Source: a virus
Reading direction: 5' to 3' (one strand)
IMG/VR virus record: IMGVR_UViG_3300025168_000038
Span: 44,144 to 108,143 of that record
Length of the DNA: 64,000 bases
Below are positions 1 through 8,722 of this stretch, one piece after another (the first letter of the stretch is position 1; each line of letters begins with the position of its first letter). The notes under the pieces were generated by a model, which was not told where the DNA came from, did not search any database, and was given only the letters and a program-made list of their open reading frames with translations. The position numbers and the translations under genes are program-made.

Positions 1-1945
1 CTGCTACTACTGTAGATCTTAAGTTAATATAGTTATCAGCACCTAAATAATCCAAGTTAAAAGTAATTCCGGATGCTGTATTTAGTGTTGTTATACCTAG
101 TCCTCCTGCAAAATCTACTATGTTACCACTATTTATAGTAACATTTGATCCTGCATCTGCTTGAGTTACCCAAGTATAACCACCTGCAGGACCATTTGCT
201 GCTGCTGTTAGTCTACCTTGTGCGTCAACTGTTATATTAGCATTTGTATATGAACCAGCTGTTACTGCTGTGTTATCTAAATCAAGTGTAAGCTTTCTTG
301 TACCTGCTAAAGTTGATGTTAAACCAACGCCTCCTAAAACTTCTAATATTTCACCATTAGCTACTGTTTGATTTGCTCCTACATCAGAACCAACAGTCCA
401 TGATGTCATTCCAGCACCACCACTGCTTGCTGTAGTTATTCTTCCATATGTATCAACAGTTACATTTGCATTTGTATAAGATCCTGCTACTACACCACTT
501 GCTGTGCTGTTTATATTAATTGTATCTCCTCCTGAGTTTACAGTAGTTAGAGTACCTGTAGTATTTCTAAATTTAATTACTTCATCCTTTAAAACCTCTA
601 TATTAGTACCTGTTACTGAATCTGCAAGCCATCTATAGTTAGTTGGAAAACTTGATAGTAATGATTTTTTAATAGTGCTGTCTGTTGCATCACTAAACCA
701 AAAGAAATCATCTGGATCTGGTGCAGCTGTGTTTGCAAATAATATTGCATTAGTTGCACTAGCATATGTTATATTTACTGTAGGCGTTAGCGTTGCTGTT
801 CCTGTTACAGTTATCCCATTTCCACCTGATACTGAAGTCACTGTACCACCAGATGCATAATTAGGAATATTTAATACTCCTGAATTTAATGTTGCAGCTC
901 CTGATGTTCCAGTAGTTGTTAAACTTGTGAAAGGAATTGTTAACGTAGCTAAATTACCTTGACCTGTTATATATTGAGCTGCGCTTCCTGCCCATGTAAA
1001 TCCTAAAGCTGGTGCAGTTGTAGGGTTTGCAACAGTTACATCAAAAGCATCTCCTGCAATTGTTGCACTTACTGTAGTTACACTACCAGATCCTGCCGGT
1101 ATTGCCCATGTATTATCTCCTCTAAGGAATGTAGTATTACCTGGAGTTCCTGTTGCTGATAAATCTCCTGTAATTGTACCTGCAGCTGTTATTGTTCCAC
1201 CAGTTACATTTACAAATGTTCCATTAGATGTTGCTACAGAAGTTACTGTACCTGCAGGAATAGCCGGAAAAGTAACTAAGTCTCCCTCTCCATTTATATA
1301 TTGAGAAGCTGTACCTGCCATTGTAAAAGATACATTTCCTGCAGTTGTTACAGCAGATCCGTCAATAAATGCATTACCATCAGTTTGTAAACCAACAGAA
1401 GTTACTGTCCCAGTTCCTACTGTAGGAAAGGTTACTAAATCACCTGCACCATTCACATATTGAGATGATGAACCTGCCCAAGTAAAAGCTAATGTACCAG
1501 AAGAAGTAATAGGAGTTCCTGCCACATCTAATGCATTACCAGCTGTTGATGCTGCAACACTTGTAACTGTTCCAGTTCCACCAGAAGCAGTAATTGTAAC
1601 TTGGTTTGATCCGTTATCTGATAGTGTTATATTATTACCAGCTACTAATTTTACTGTATCTACACTTGCATCTGACCCTGTAAGTTTTAAATCTACACTC
1701 CCTCCAGGTGCTTGTATACTACTATAATCATAAGTAGTATTTGCAGCTACTACAATAGCATCTGCAAATTGTTTAGCTGAAATTAAATTTTGATCTACTT
1801 TAGGTAAGTAAGCCATTACATTTAATGAACTATCTCCTTTATTAGATAGTACAAAATAATCATCCTCGCTTGGTACATAAGGTAGAGGTTTTACAAATTT
1901 TTTCTTTGAAAATAGTGTTAAAACATCTTGAAGTAGTGAGCCCAT
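1..1945 (-). CDS. Fibre-like virion protein (Gly/Thr/Ser-rich repeats), truncated by window start
   Basis: Not in ORF track because there is no stop in the window. Manual translation from ATG at 1945: MGSLLQDVLTLFSRKKFV..., open to the window edge, with repeats GTVTSV, AGxxxQY(V/I)xGxG (x3) and GSYTNAN(V/I)TVDxxGR (x2) shared with the other fibre genes. Confidence 0.8.
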   Translation of the reverse strand, partial: MGSLLQDVLTLFSKKKFVKPLPYVPSEDDYFVLSNKGDSSLNVMAYLPKVDQNLISAKQFADAIVVAANTTYDYSSIQAPGGSVDLKLTGSDASVDTVKLVAGNNITLSDNGSNQVTITASGGTGTVTSVAASTAGNALDVAGTPITSSGTLAFTWAGSSSQYVNGAGDLVTFPTVGTGTVTSVGLQTDGNAFIDGSAVTTAGNVSFTMAGTASQYINGEGDLVTFPAIPAGTVTSVATSNGTFVNVTGGTITAAGTITGDLSATGTPGNTTFLRGDNTWAIPAGSGSVTTVSATIAGDAFDVTVANPTTAPALGFTWAGSAAQYITGQGNLATLTIPFTSLTTTGTSGAATLNSGVLNIPNYASGGTVTSVSGGNGITVTGTATLTPTVNITYASATNAILFANTAAPDPDDFFWFSDATDSTIKKSLLSSFPTNYRWLADSVTGTNIEVLKDEVIKFRNTTGTLTTVNSGGDTININSTASGVVAGSYTNANVTVDTYGRITTASSGGAGMTSWTVGSDVGANQTVANGEILEVLGGVGLTSTLAGTRKLTLDLDNTAVTAGSYTNANITVDAQGRLTAAANGPAGGYTWVTQADAGSNVTINSGNIVDFAGGLGITTLNTASGITFNLDYLGADNYINLRSTVVA

Positions 1946-1955
1946 TGTTTATTGT

Positions 1956-2300
1956 TTATAAGTACAGAGCAGATAGCTTTACGCTTGTCTGTGCTGAACA
2001 TGTTATTGTTATATTACCAGTAGCATCATTAAAAGCATCAACTTCAAAAGGTCCTAAAAATCCTTCCTCACCAGCCGCTAAGCTAAGTACTGCATTTTCT
2101 TTTTTAAGTGTACCCAATAAAGGATCCACTACTGTTGTAACAACTGGAACTACTGTAGCTGTCATAGTTACACCTCCACCATTTTCAACATGAAAAAATT
2201 GTATTGCTGTATTTGCAAGTGTATCACCACTTACACCTGGAGTAACCGTTACAGGTTTTAATCCAGCTTGAGTTATTTGTTGTGCTGTTAATACTGCCAT
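1956..2300 (-). CDS. Small beta-rich virion protein (possible capsid decoration protein)
   Basis: 114-aa Thr/Val/Gly-rich ORF tightly packed in the minus-strand operon; resembles small phage structural proteins; function inferred. Confidence 0.5.
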   Translation of the reverse strand: MAVLTAQQITQAGLKPVTVTPGVSGDTLANTAIQFFHVENGGGVTMTATVVPVVTTVVDPLLGTLKKENAVLSLAAGEEGFLGPFEVDAFNDATGNITITCSAQTSVKLSALYL

Positions 2301-2310
2301 AATATTTTAT

Positions 2311-2556
2311 TTATTTACCGTTTACATATCCACTTCTAAAAGCAGCTGACTGAACTGGTTCTGCAGCTCTAGTAGACTTTTGTGGTGGATTTAAATTTGT
2401 TTTCTTTGCTAGCTTAATTCTAGCTGCAACTTTTTTCTTATTCTCAGCATTCTGTAATGATTGTTGAATAGATGTAGGATTATAATATCCATTAGTTGTT
2501 TCTCTGTTATACACCTCTCCTTGCATAGGAAAGGATGCTTTATTTGCTTTACCCAT
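2311..2556 (-). CDS. Small basic hypothetical protein
   Basis: 81-aa ORF, operonic spacing, Lys-rich. Confidence 0.65.
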   Translation of the reverse strand: MGKANKASFPMQGEVYNRETTNGYYNPTSIQQSLQNAENKKKVAARIKLAKKTNLNPPQKSTRAAEPVQSAAFRSGYVNGK

Positions 2557-2561
2557 TTTTT

Positions 2562-2645
2562 TTATTTTTTAAGTAAGTGTGATCCATCACAAATTCCTTC
2601 AGAATTCTGCGTGCCACCACATGTACATTGATTTCTATTATTCAT
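2562..2645 (-). CDS. Minimal CDGSH iron-sulfur motif peptide (27 aa)
   Basis: Manual translation MNNRNQCTCGGTQNSEGICDGSHLLKK*. It fills the gap between the 65-aa and 81-aa genes and carries a CxCxxT...CDGSH motif. Confidence 0.75.
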   Translation of the reverse strand: MNNRNQCTCGGTQNSEGICDGSHLLKK

Positions 2646-2646
2646 T

Positions 2647-2844
2647 TTATTTTTTCATTTTACCTAATGTTAAAGCAAGCCTAGCACGCTGTGCAGTCTT
2701 ACCACTTCCTTTTGCTTTCTCTCTCAACCAGCTTTTTTTAATTGTACCATCTGCCTTCATGGCTCCTGCTCTTTTTGCAGTTGCTTTTAAAGCACCAGGC
2801 TTTTTAATTGCCCCTTTGATCCAATTTTTTTTCTTAGCTGCCAT
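2647..2844 (-). CDS. Very basic 65-aa protein (putative DNA-binding/internal virion protein)
   Basis: WIKGAIKKPGAL...RARLALTL pattern, Lys/Arg/Ala-rich; operonic. Confidence 0.7.
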   Translation of the reverse strand: MAAKKKNWIKGAIKKPGALKATAKRAGAMKADGTIKKSWLREKAKGSGKTAQRARLALTLGKMKK

Positions 2845-2849
2845 CCTTA

Positions 2850-3293
2850 TTATTTTTTACGTCCACTTGATCTGTTACCAGAATAAGCTCTTTTACCTGC
2901 AGCTTTTTTAGCTCCTTTACTTTCATCTCTTCTAGACTTCATAGATTGTTTCTTCTTTCCGTTTCTCATTCCTAAAGACTCATTTAATCTAGAATTGTAA
3001 CCCTGCTTTTTCTTTTTCTTTTTAACAGCTCCACCTTTTTTCATCATTCCTTGTACAGGATCTAATACTGAACCACCATTATCTTTAAACATTTCTAAAC
3101 CACCAGCTGCAGCCATTGTATCCATAGCCATAGCTTGTGGAGTAAGATCTCTCATTCCATCAATTGATGATGTAAAGCCTCCCATTCCGGTTCCTCCCAT
3201 ATCATATCTTTTCATGTTATTTACTTTTTTCTTTTTTTTCTTTGCTGAAGAGCTTCCACCTATTTTGTAAGCATTTCTCATATTGTTTGGCAT
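2850..3293 (-). CDS. Lys/Met-rich low-complexity protein with repeated xxxGG motifs
   Basis: 147 aa; poly-Lys runs; YKIGG, YDMGG, KDNGG, MKKGG motifs. Confidence 0.7.
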   Translation of the reverse strand: MPNNMRNAYKIGGSSSAKKKKKKVNNMKRYDMGGTGMGGFTSSIDGMRDLTPQAMAMDTMAAAGGLEMFKDNGGSVLDPVQGMMKKGGAVKKKKKKQGYNSRLNESLGMRNGKKKQSMKSRRDESKGAKKAAGKRAYSGNRSSGRKK

Positions 3294-3305
3294 AATTTCT
3301 AAATT

Positions 3306-3707
3306 TTATTTGTTATTGTTTTTTACTTTTTCTAATGAACGTCCTCCAAAGTATGCACCTATTACTGTAATTAAAACTAATTGTAATAAATCCACCCAAG
3401 AAGCTTTGACATCAAATGAAATAAAACCTGCATCAACAAATACTAATAGTACTGTTGATACAACTAAAAATATTAATGTCATTGGTCTTACGTTCTTACT
3501 TAACCAACTATCTGAATTCATATCTGAACTCCATCTTGTTGAAATTTCTTTCTCCATATCTACTTCATGCTTGGAGATTAACTCTTTTATCTTTAACTCA
3601 GCAGCAAGCTTTTCATCAGCTGAAGTATGTAGCTCGTCTATAACTCCACCAATACCTTTAACTAATTCTTTAGCTCCTCCTGAAAATATTTTACTTAGTA
3701 TACTCAT
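3306..3707 (-). CDS. Holin, GTA 3TM-like family
   Basis: N-terminal amphipathic segment, SDSWLSKNVRP motif, two C-terminal hydrophobic helices ending in YFGGRSLEK, typical of GTA_holin_3TM-like proteins. Confidence 0.75.
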   Translation of the reverse strand: MSILSKIFSGGAKELVKGIGGVIDELHTSADEKLAAELKIKELISKHEVDMEKEISTRWSSDMNSDSWLSKNVRPMTLIFLVVSTVLLVFVDAGFISFDVKASWVDLLQLVLITVIGAYFGGRSLEKVKNNNK

Positions 3708-3711
3708 AATT

Positions 3712-5334
3712 TTATGGATAAATTATAATTTCTATTCCTGTTCTTTCTAATACACTATCAGCTTGAGTTAAAGATGAAGTCTCATAGGTAAATATATTAA
3801 AGCTATTAGTAGTTGCTGATGTTATATTTGTTAATGAAGGTCCGTTCTTATAATTTCCTGTTGCAGCTGTCATATATACTTTATTTACATCAGCTAATGC
3901 AGATGACCATGTAGCTCTATAATTTCCTACTCCTACACGTACATAAGTTAATGTTTTACCTGTTGTGTTTTCTAAAACTGTTTCTACTGGATTTCCATTT
4001 GTTGTCTGAGTTAACAGAGCTCTATAAACTGTAGAACCAACAGAACCTGCTGTTATAGAAGTAACATGTCCTTGTGCATTTGTTGTAATTGATGAAGGAG
4101 ATGCATATGTTCCCGCTGTACCATAATCATTATGATTTATAGTTACTCTTTTCTGTTGAGCTTGACCAGTTGGTGTGAGCTCAGCACCAACAGTACCTAA
4201 GGCTGTACCTCCTACAATATTTAAATCTTCTTCATTTGTTACAGCACTGCTTCCTACAAGTATATTATTAGCTCTAACTAAAAAACCATTATAAAAACCA
4301 GGCATAAGATAAATCTGTTGCTTTATAAGTTGATCACCTGCACTACTATCACTATACATTATATAGTCTACAGTTGCTGGAGTAACTGTAGGTCTTGACA
4401 TTATTAAGTTATCTGTACCTAAAGCATTCACACCTATTGTTACTGTGTCAGCTGCACTTACTCCTATTTTAAGACCACCTTCTGTTGATGATAAATTTGA
4501 TTGTGTAAAAGTTACTGTATCATTATTAGCTATAGCCTGTGTTGTAGATCCATCTGTTATATTAAATGTATAACTACCTCCTCCACCTGATCCATTACTT
4601 GCTGCAGTCAATCTACCCTGTTGATCTACAGTAATGTTTGCATTGGTGTAAGATCCCGGTGTAACAGCGGTGTCATCTAAGTCAATTTCTAATGTACCAT
4701 TTAGACCTGATGCAGCCATACTAGTTGTAATTCCTGTATCTCCACTAATCAATAAACTAAATCCTGACCCTACACTTATGCTAGGGTTTAAACCACCATC
4801 TGATCTTACTACCCAATTATATGTATTAGTAATTGTTAGCTCATCAGCAGTTTGTCCAATAGTAATATTAGTTCCCTCAACTAATGTTCTAAAGTTAAGT
4901 GTCTCACCAACTTTATTTTTCCATACTTCTTTACCAGTTCCTACATTAGCTGCAAGATTAGGTTCACCTGTTGTTGTAATTTCTATATAATCATCATCTG
5001 CAGAAGTAGCAAGAGTAAGGTTGCTGCTCATTGATTTAAGGGATCTATAAAATACAGTACACTTTTGTGTAGTTGGATCAACTACAGTTTTTTGATATAC
5101 TTGCCCTGTACCAGCAGCTGGTATAGCTGGAGAATTTGCATGGTCACAATGTTCAGCAGCAACCTTAAAATCTCTTACCTTTATTACTTTTATGCTTTTA
5201 TAAGGAATAGGAGAGGCAACACCAGTCATATCTGGTTCTTCATTCACACCTAAAACTAATACATCATCAAGACCTGCTGTCTTTGCATATACAGATCTTT
5301 TTATTAAACTTAATACATCAGTTAAAATGTTCAT
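3712..5334 (-). CDS. Fibre-like/minor virion protein (540 aa)
   Basis: GSYTNANITVDQQGR and GTYASPSSITTNAQGH repeats typical of fibre shafts; N-terminus MNILTDVLSL resembles that of the 1..1945 gene. Confidence 0.7.
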   Translation of the reverse strand: MNILTDVLSLIKRSVYAKTAGLDDVLVLGVNEEPDMTGVASPIPYKSIKVIKVRDFKVAAEHCDHANSPAIPAAGTGQVYQKTVVDPTTQKCTVFYRSLKSMSSNLTLATSADDDYIEITTTGEPNLAANVGTGKEVWKNKVGETLNFRTLVEGTNITIGQTADELTITNTYNWVVRSDGGLNPSISVGSGFSLLISGDTGITTSMAASGLNGTLEIDLDDTAVTPGSYTNANITVDQQGRLTAASNGSGGGGSYTFNITDGSTTQAIANNDTVTFTQSNLSSTEGGLKIGVSAADTVTIGVNALGTDNLIMSRPTVTPATVDYIMYSDSSAGDQLIKQQIYLMPGFYNGFLVRANNILVGSSAVTNEEDLNIVGGTALGTVGAELTPTGQAQQKRVTINHNDYGTAGTYASPSSITTNAQGHVTSITAGSVGSTVYRALLTQTTNGNPVETVLENTTGKTLTYVRVGVGNYRATWSSALADVNKVYMTAATGNYKNGPSLTNITSATTNSFNIFTYETSSLTQADSVLERTGIEIIIYP

Positions 5335-5338
5335 TGTT

Positions 5339-5440
5339 TTATTTTTTACTATCTTTGGTTTTACATAAGTGCTTTCTACAATAACCCATACAGATTTTTC
5401 CTCTTGAAAGCCATTGTATTAATAAACATAAGTTTCTCAT
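5339..5440 (-). CDS. Cys-rich micro-protein (33 aa)
   Basis: MRNLCLLIQWLSRGKICMGYCRKHLCKTKDSKK*; ATGA overlap with upstream gene stop; ends 4 nt before the next ATG. Confidence 0.55.
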   Translation of the reverse strand: MRNLCLLIQWLSRGKICMGYCRKHLCKTKDSKK

Positions 5441-5571
5441 CTTCCTTGACCTCTATATTTTTTTTTATAATTCTTACTACTTACTAAATTTGAGTTTTTA
5501 GACTTAGAGTGTACTCCTGGTCTTTTAGCTCTACTAGGTTTAGCATATGTATTGTGTAATATCCTAGACAT
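5437..5571 (-). CDS. Small basic protein ending YRGQGR (44 aa)
   Basis: MSRILHNTYAKPSRAKRPGVHSKSKNSNLVSSKNYKKKYRGQGR*; TAATG overlap with upstream gene. The KxYRGQG C-terminus resembles small basic proteins I recall from marine phages. Confidence 0.7.
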   Translation of the reverse strand: MSRILHNTYAKPSRAKRPGVHSKSKNSNLVSSKNYKKKYRGQGR

Positions 5572-5825
5572 TACTTTATTTCTTTTTTCTTTCTGCCTTT
5601 TCTAGCATTACCTTTTACTGCACCTGCAATATCACCCATTTGATTTCCTACTTCTTTAAGTGCTTTAGCAACATCTTGAATTTCAGATGCTGTCAAACCA
5701 TATCTGTACTGTAAGTCAGAAGCTAACGCTCTTACTTTTTCATCTAAAGATGTTTTAGACCAAAGTTTTATCCAATAGTCTTGTGGGCTATATGTCCATA
5801 ATATACTTACAAATTTTTTAAACAT
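5571..5825 (-). CDS. Hypothetical protein (84 aa)
   Basis: First gene downstream of the divergent intergenic region; basic C-terminus. Confidence 0.65.
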   Translation of the reverse strand: MFKKFVSILWTYSPQDYWIKLWSKTSLDEKVRALASDLQYRYGLTASEIQDVAKALKEVGNQMGDIAGAVKGNARKGRKKKEIK

Positions 5826-5849
5826 AATAATTAATTTTAAACACTATAT

Positions 5850-5865
5850 TAATAATATACAAAAT
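5850..5865 (-). promoter_or_regulatory. Putative phage promoter motif (plus-strand TAATAATATACAAAAT)
   Basis: Exact 16-mer also at 5925-5940 and 56546-56561; intergenic and upstream of minus-strand genes. Confidence 0.6.
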
Positions 5866-5899
5866 TTGAAGCACTCAGTCAAATAATATATTATATTTG
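5865..5899 (+). promoter_or_regulatory. Bacteroidota sigma-type promoter for nrdBA (TTTG ... TATATTTG)
   Basis: TTTG at 5865-5868 and perfect TAnnTTTG at 5892-5899, 23 nt apart, upstream of nrdB. Confidence 0.5.
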
Positions 5900-5924
5900 T
5901 TCTATAAGTGTAATTAGTGTATAA

Positions 5925-5940
5925 TAATAATATACAAAAT
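5925..5940 (-). promoter_or_regulatory. Putative phage promoter motif, second copy
   Basis: Exact TAATAATATACAAAAT repeat. Confidence 0.55.
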
Positions 5941-6045
5941 ATATTACAATTATAAAATCATTAAGTAAGTAAATGCAAAATATGAAAATATCATCTGTAA
6001 GGTTTTTTTGTCTTACCAATTTTTCTTAAATTATAATTACTCAAT

Positions 6046-6078
6046 GGCTACATTTCTTACTCAGGAGGTGTGGCTTTT
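6046..6078 (+). terminator. G-U-rich hairpin with short U-run in nrdB leader
   Basis: GGCTACATTTCTT-actc-AGGAGGTGTGGCT followed by TTT; 13-bp stem that pairs fully only as plus-strand RNA (G-U pairs). Confidence 0.45.
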
Positions 6079-6108
6079 GTGTCCTTAACAATTAAATACA
6101 TATAAAAT

Positions 6109-7086
6109 ATGAAAGACATCTTTAAACCCAGACTAAATATACTACCCTATCAATATCCACAATTATTAGAATACAAAGATGCAATAAGACATTCATATTG
6201 GATAGATACAGAATTTAATTTCACAGAAGACATACAAGACTTTAAAATCACTATAACACCTAAAGAAAAAGATGTTATTAAAAAAACAATGTTGGCCATT
6301 GCTCAGATAGAAGTTAATGTAAAAACTTTTTGGGGAGACTTATATAAGCGTATGCCTATTACAGAAATAGGAGATGTAGGTTTTACTTTTGCAGAATCTG
6401 AAGTAAGACATAAAGATGCCTATGCTAGACTGTTGAGGATCTTAGGTTTAGAAAAAGAATTTGAAACTGTTGTTGAGGTACCAGCTATTAAAGGTAGAAT
6501 TAAATACTTAAAAAAATATTTAGATGGTACAAGAAGTAGTGATGATAAAATGTATACTAAGTCTGTCCTTCTATTCTCTTTGTTTATAGAGCATGTTAGT
6601 TTGTTTAGTCAGTTCTTAATCATGATGTCTTTTAACAAAGAGAAAAACCTTTTTAAAGGAATCTCTAACGTTGTTGAAGCCACCAGTAAAGAAGAAGAAA
6701 TACATGGAAACTTTGGTGCAGAATTAATAAACATAATAAAAAAAGAAAACCCACATTGGTTTAACTCACAGTTCAGGCAGTTAATTTATTCTGCTTGTCA
6801 CAAGGCTTATGAAGCAGAATGTAAAATATTAGACTGGATATTTGAAAAAGGTGAACTATCTTTTCTTCCAAAAGAAACAATTGAAAACTTTATAAAGAAT
6901 AGATTCAACAACTCACTACAAAAAATAGGAATGAAAACTATATTTGAAGTAGATGAAAACAAATTAAAACAAGTAGAATGGTTTGATATAGAGATAACAG
7001 CTACTAAAGAAGGAGATTTCTTCTATAAAAAAAGTGTAGACTACAATAAAAAAAGTAAAAGCATAACTGAAGATGATCTCTTCTAA
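6109..7086 (+). CDS. nrdB: Ribonucleotide reductase beta subunit (class I, NrdBi / class Id-like)
   Basis: Ferritin-like ligands QIEVNVK, ESEVRHKDAY, FIEHVSLF, KEEEIH; C-terminal DFF..K.VDY...SIT.DDLF tail. Confidence 0.95.
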   Translation: MKDIFKPRLNILPYQYPQLLEYKDAIRHSYWIDTEFNFTEDIQDFKITITPKEKDVIKKTMLAIAQIEVNVKTFWGDLYKRMPITEIGDVGFTFAESEVRHKDAYARLLRILGLEKEFETVVEVPAIKGRIKYLKKYLDGTRSSDDKMYTKSVLLFSLFIEHVSLFSQFLIMMSFNKEKNLFKGISNVVEATSKEEEIHGNFGAELINIIKKENPHWFNSQFRQLIYSACHKAYEAECKILDWIFEKGELSFLPKETIENFIKNRFNNSLQKIGMKTIFEVDENKLKQVEWFDIEITATKEGDFFYKKSVDYNKKSKSITEDDLF

Positions 7087-7096
7087 AAAAGCAAAC

Positions 7097-8722
7097 ATGG
7101 AATACAAAAAATATTACTGGCTTAATCAAGATAGCAGAACGTTTCTGTCTAGAGGTTATATAACTGAAACACCAGAACAAAGAATAAAAGACATTGCTAT
7201 TAAGGCAGAAAAATATTTAAACATCAAAGGCTTTGCTGAAAAGTTTGAAGACTATATGGCACGTGGTTTTTACTCTTTATCTACTCCTGTATGGATTAAC
7301 TTTGGTAAACAAAAAGGTTTGCCTATTAGTTGTTATGGTTCTAATATAGATGATAACTTAGATAGTATACTAAACGCAGGCCGTGAAATAGGTATGATGT
7401 CTAAGTATGGCGGAGGGACAAGTGCTTTCTTAGGAAACATTAGACCAAGAGGTAGTGAGATATCTACAGGCGGTCATGCTGATGGTCCTATTCACTATGC
7501 TAGGATGTATGATACAGTAGTTGATGTATGTAAACAATCAGAAGCTAGACGTGGTGCATGTGCAGTATATTTACCTGTAGAGCATCCAGATATTGCTGAG
7601 TTCCTAGACATAGGTACTGAAGGTAACCCTATACAAAACTTACAGTATGGTATTACTGTTACTGATGAATGGATGAAAGAAATGAAAGAAGGAGACAGAA
7701 AAAAACGTAAAGTTTGGGCTAAGATTATACAGCGTAGATCTGAGTTTGGATATCCTTATATAATGTTTAAAGATAATAGTAATAATAATTCTCCATATAA
7801 AGAAATAGGACTTGAAATTACAGCATCAAATCTATGTTCAGAGATACAGCTGCCAACAGATAGTTATAATTCTTTTGTGTGTTGTTTAGGATCTATAAAT
7901 CTATTACACTGGGATGAGATCAAAGAGACTGATGCAGTACAAACTTATGTATACTTTTTAAATGCTGTTATGGATGAGTTCATTATCAAGTCAGAAACAA
8001 TGCCCGGAATGAAAAGAGCATATAACTTTGCAGAAAAACACAGAGCAATTGGCTTAGGTGTATTAGGATACCATTCTTTATTTCAATCAAAGCTTATAGA
8101 GTTTGAATCACTAGAAGCTAAACAACTTAACTCAGAGATATTTAGAACAATAAAAGATAGAAGTGAAATAGCCTCAAGAAAACTAAACTCTGAATATGGA
8201 TATAGGTGTTTAAGAGAAGGTTATGCTAACACTACACTTATGGCTATTGCTCCTACTAAATCTAGCTCCTTTATACATGGTGCAGTCTCTATGGGTATAG
8301 AACCTATTAAGTCTAACTACTTTATTAAGGATCTTGCTAAGTCTAAAACAGTTTATAAAAATCCTTTTTTAGAGTGTGAGTTAGAAAAACATGGTATTAA
8401 TAATGATAAGACATGGAAATCTATACTTAAAAAAGACGGAAGTGTACAACACTTAGACTTTCCTACTAAGGCTGTGTTTAAATCATTTGTAGAGATAACA
8501 CCAAAGGAACTTGTACTACAAGCAGCACAAAGACAAAAGTATATTGATCAATCACAATCACTTAACTTAATGATAGACCCTTCTGTATCAGCTAAACAAA
8601 TTAATCAGTTGTATTTGTATGCACATGAGGAAGGAGTAAAAACCTTATACTATCAGTTTAGTAAGAGTTCTGCACAGGACTTTGCAAGAAACATTTTAGA
8701 GTGTGGTAGCTGTGAGGGTTAG
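7097..8722 (+). CDS. nrdA: Ribonucleotide reductase alpha subunit, no ATP cone
   Basis: PISC, KYGGG, SNLCSE catalytic motif, APTKSSS, KTLYY, C-terminal CGSC. Likely start is ATG 7097 rather than 7073 from the ORF track. Confidence 0.95.
   Translation: MEYKKYYWLNQDSRTFLSRGYITETPEQRIKDIAIKAEKYLNIKGFAEKFEDYMARGFYSLSTPVWINFGKQKGLPISCYGSNIDDNLDSILNAGREIGMMSKYGGGTSAFLGNIRPRGSEISTGGHADGPIHYARMYDTVVDVCKQSEARRGACAVYLPVEHPDIAEFLDIGTEGNPIQNLQYGITVTDEWMKEMKEGDRKKRKVWAKIIQRRSEFGYPYIMFKDNSNNNSPYKEIGLEITASNLCSEIQLPTDSYNSFVCCLGSINLLHWDEIKETDAVQTYVYFLNAVMDEFIIKSETMPGMKRAYNFAEKHRAIGLGVLGYHSLFQSKLIEFESLEAKQLNSEIFRTIKDRSEIASRKLNSEYGYRCLREGYANTTLMAIAPTKSSSFIHGAVSMGIEPIKSNYFIKDLAKSKTVYKNPFLECELEKHGINNDKTWKSILKKDGSVQHLDFPTKAVFKSFVEITPKELVLQAAQRQKYIDQSQSLNLMIDPSVSAKQINQLYLYAHEEGVKTLYYQFSKSSAQDFARNILECGSCEG

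Noticed and set aside
7073-7096. ORF-track start of nrdA overlapping nrdB
   Set aside because: ATG 7097 follows an A-rich leader 10 nt after the nrdB stop and matches the expected N-terminus.
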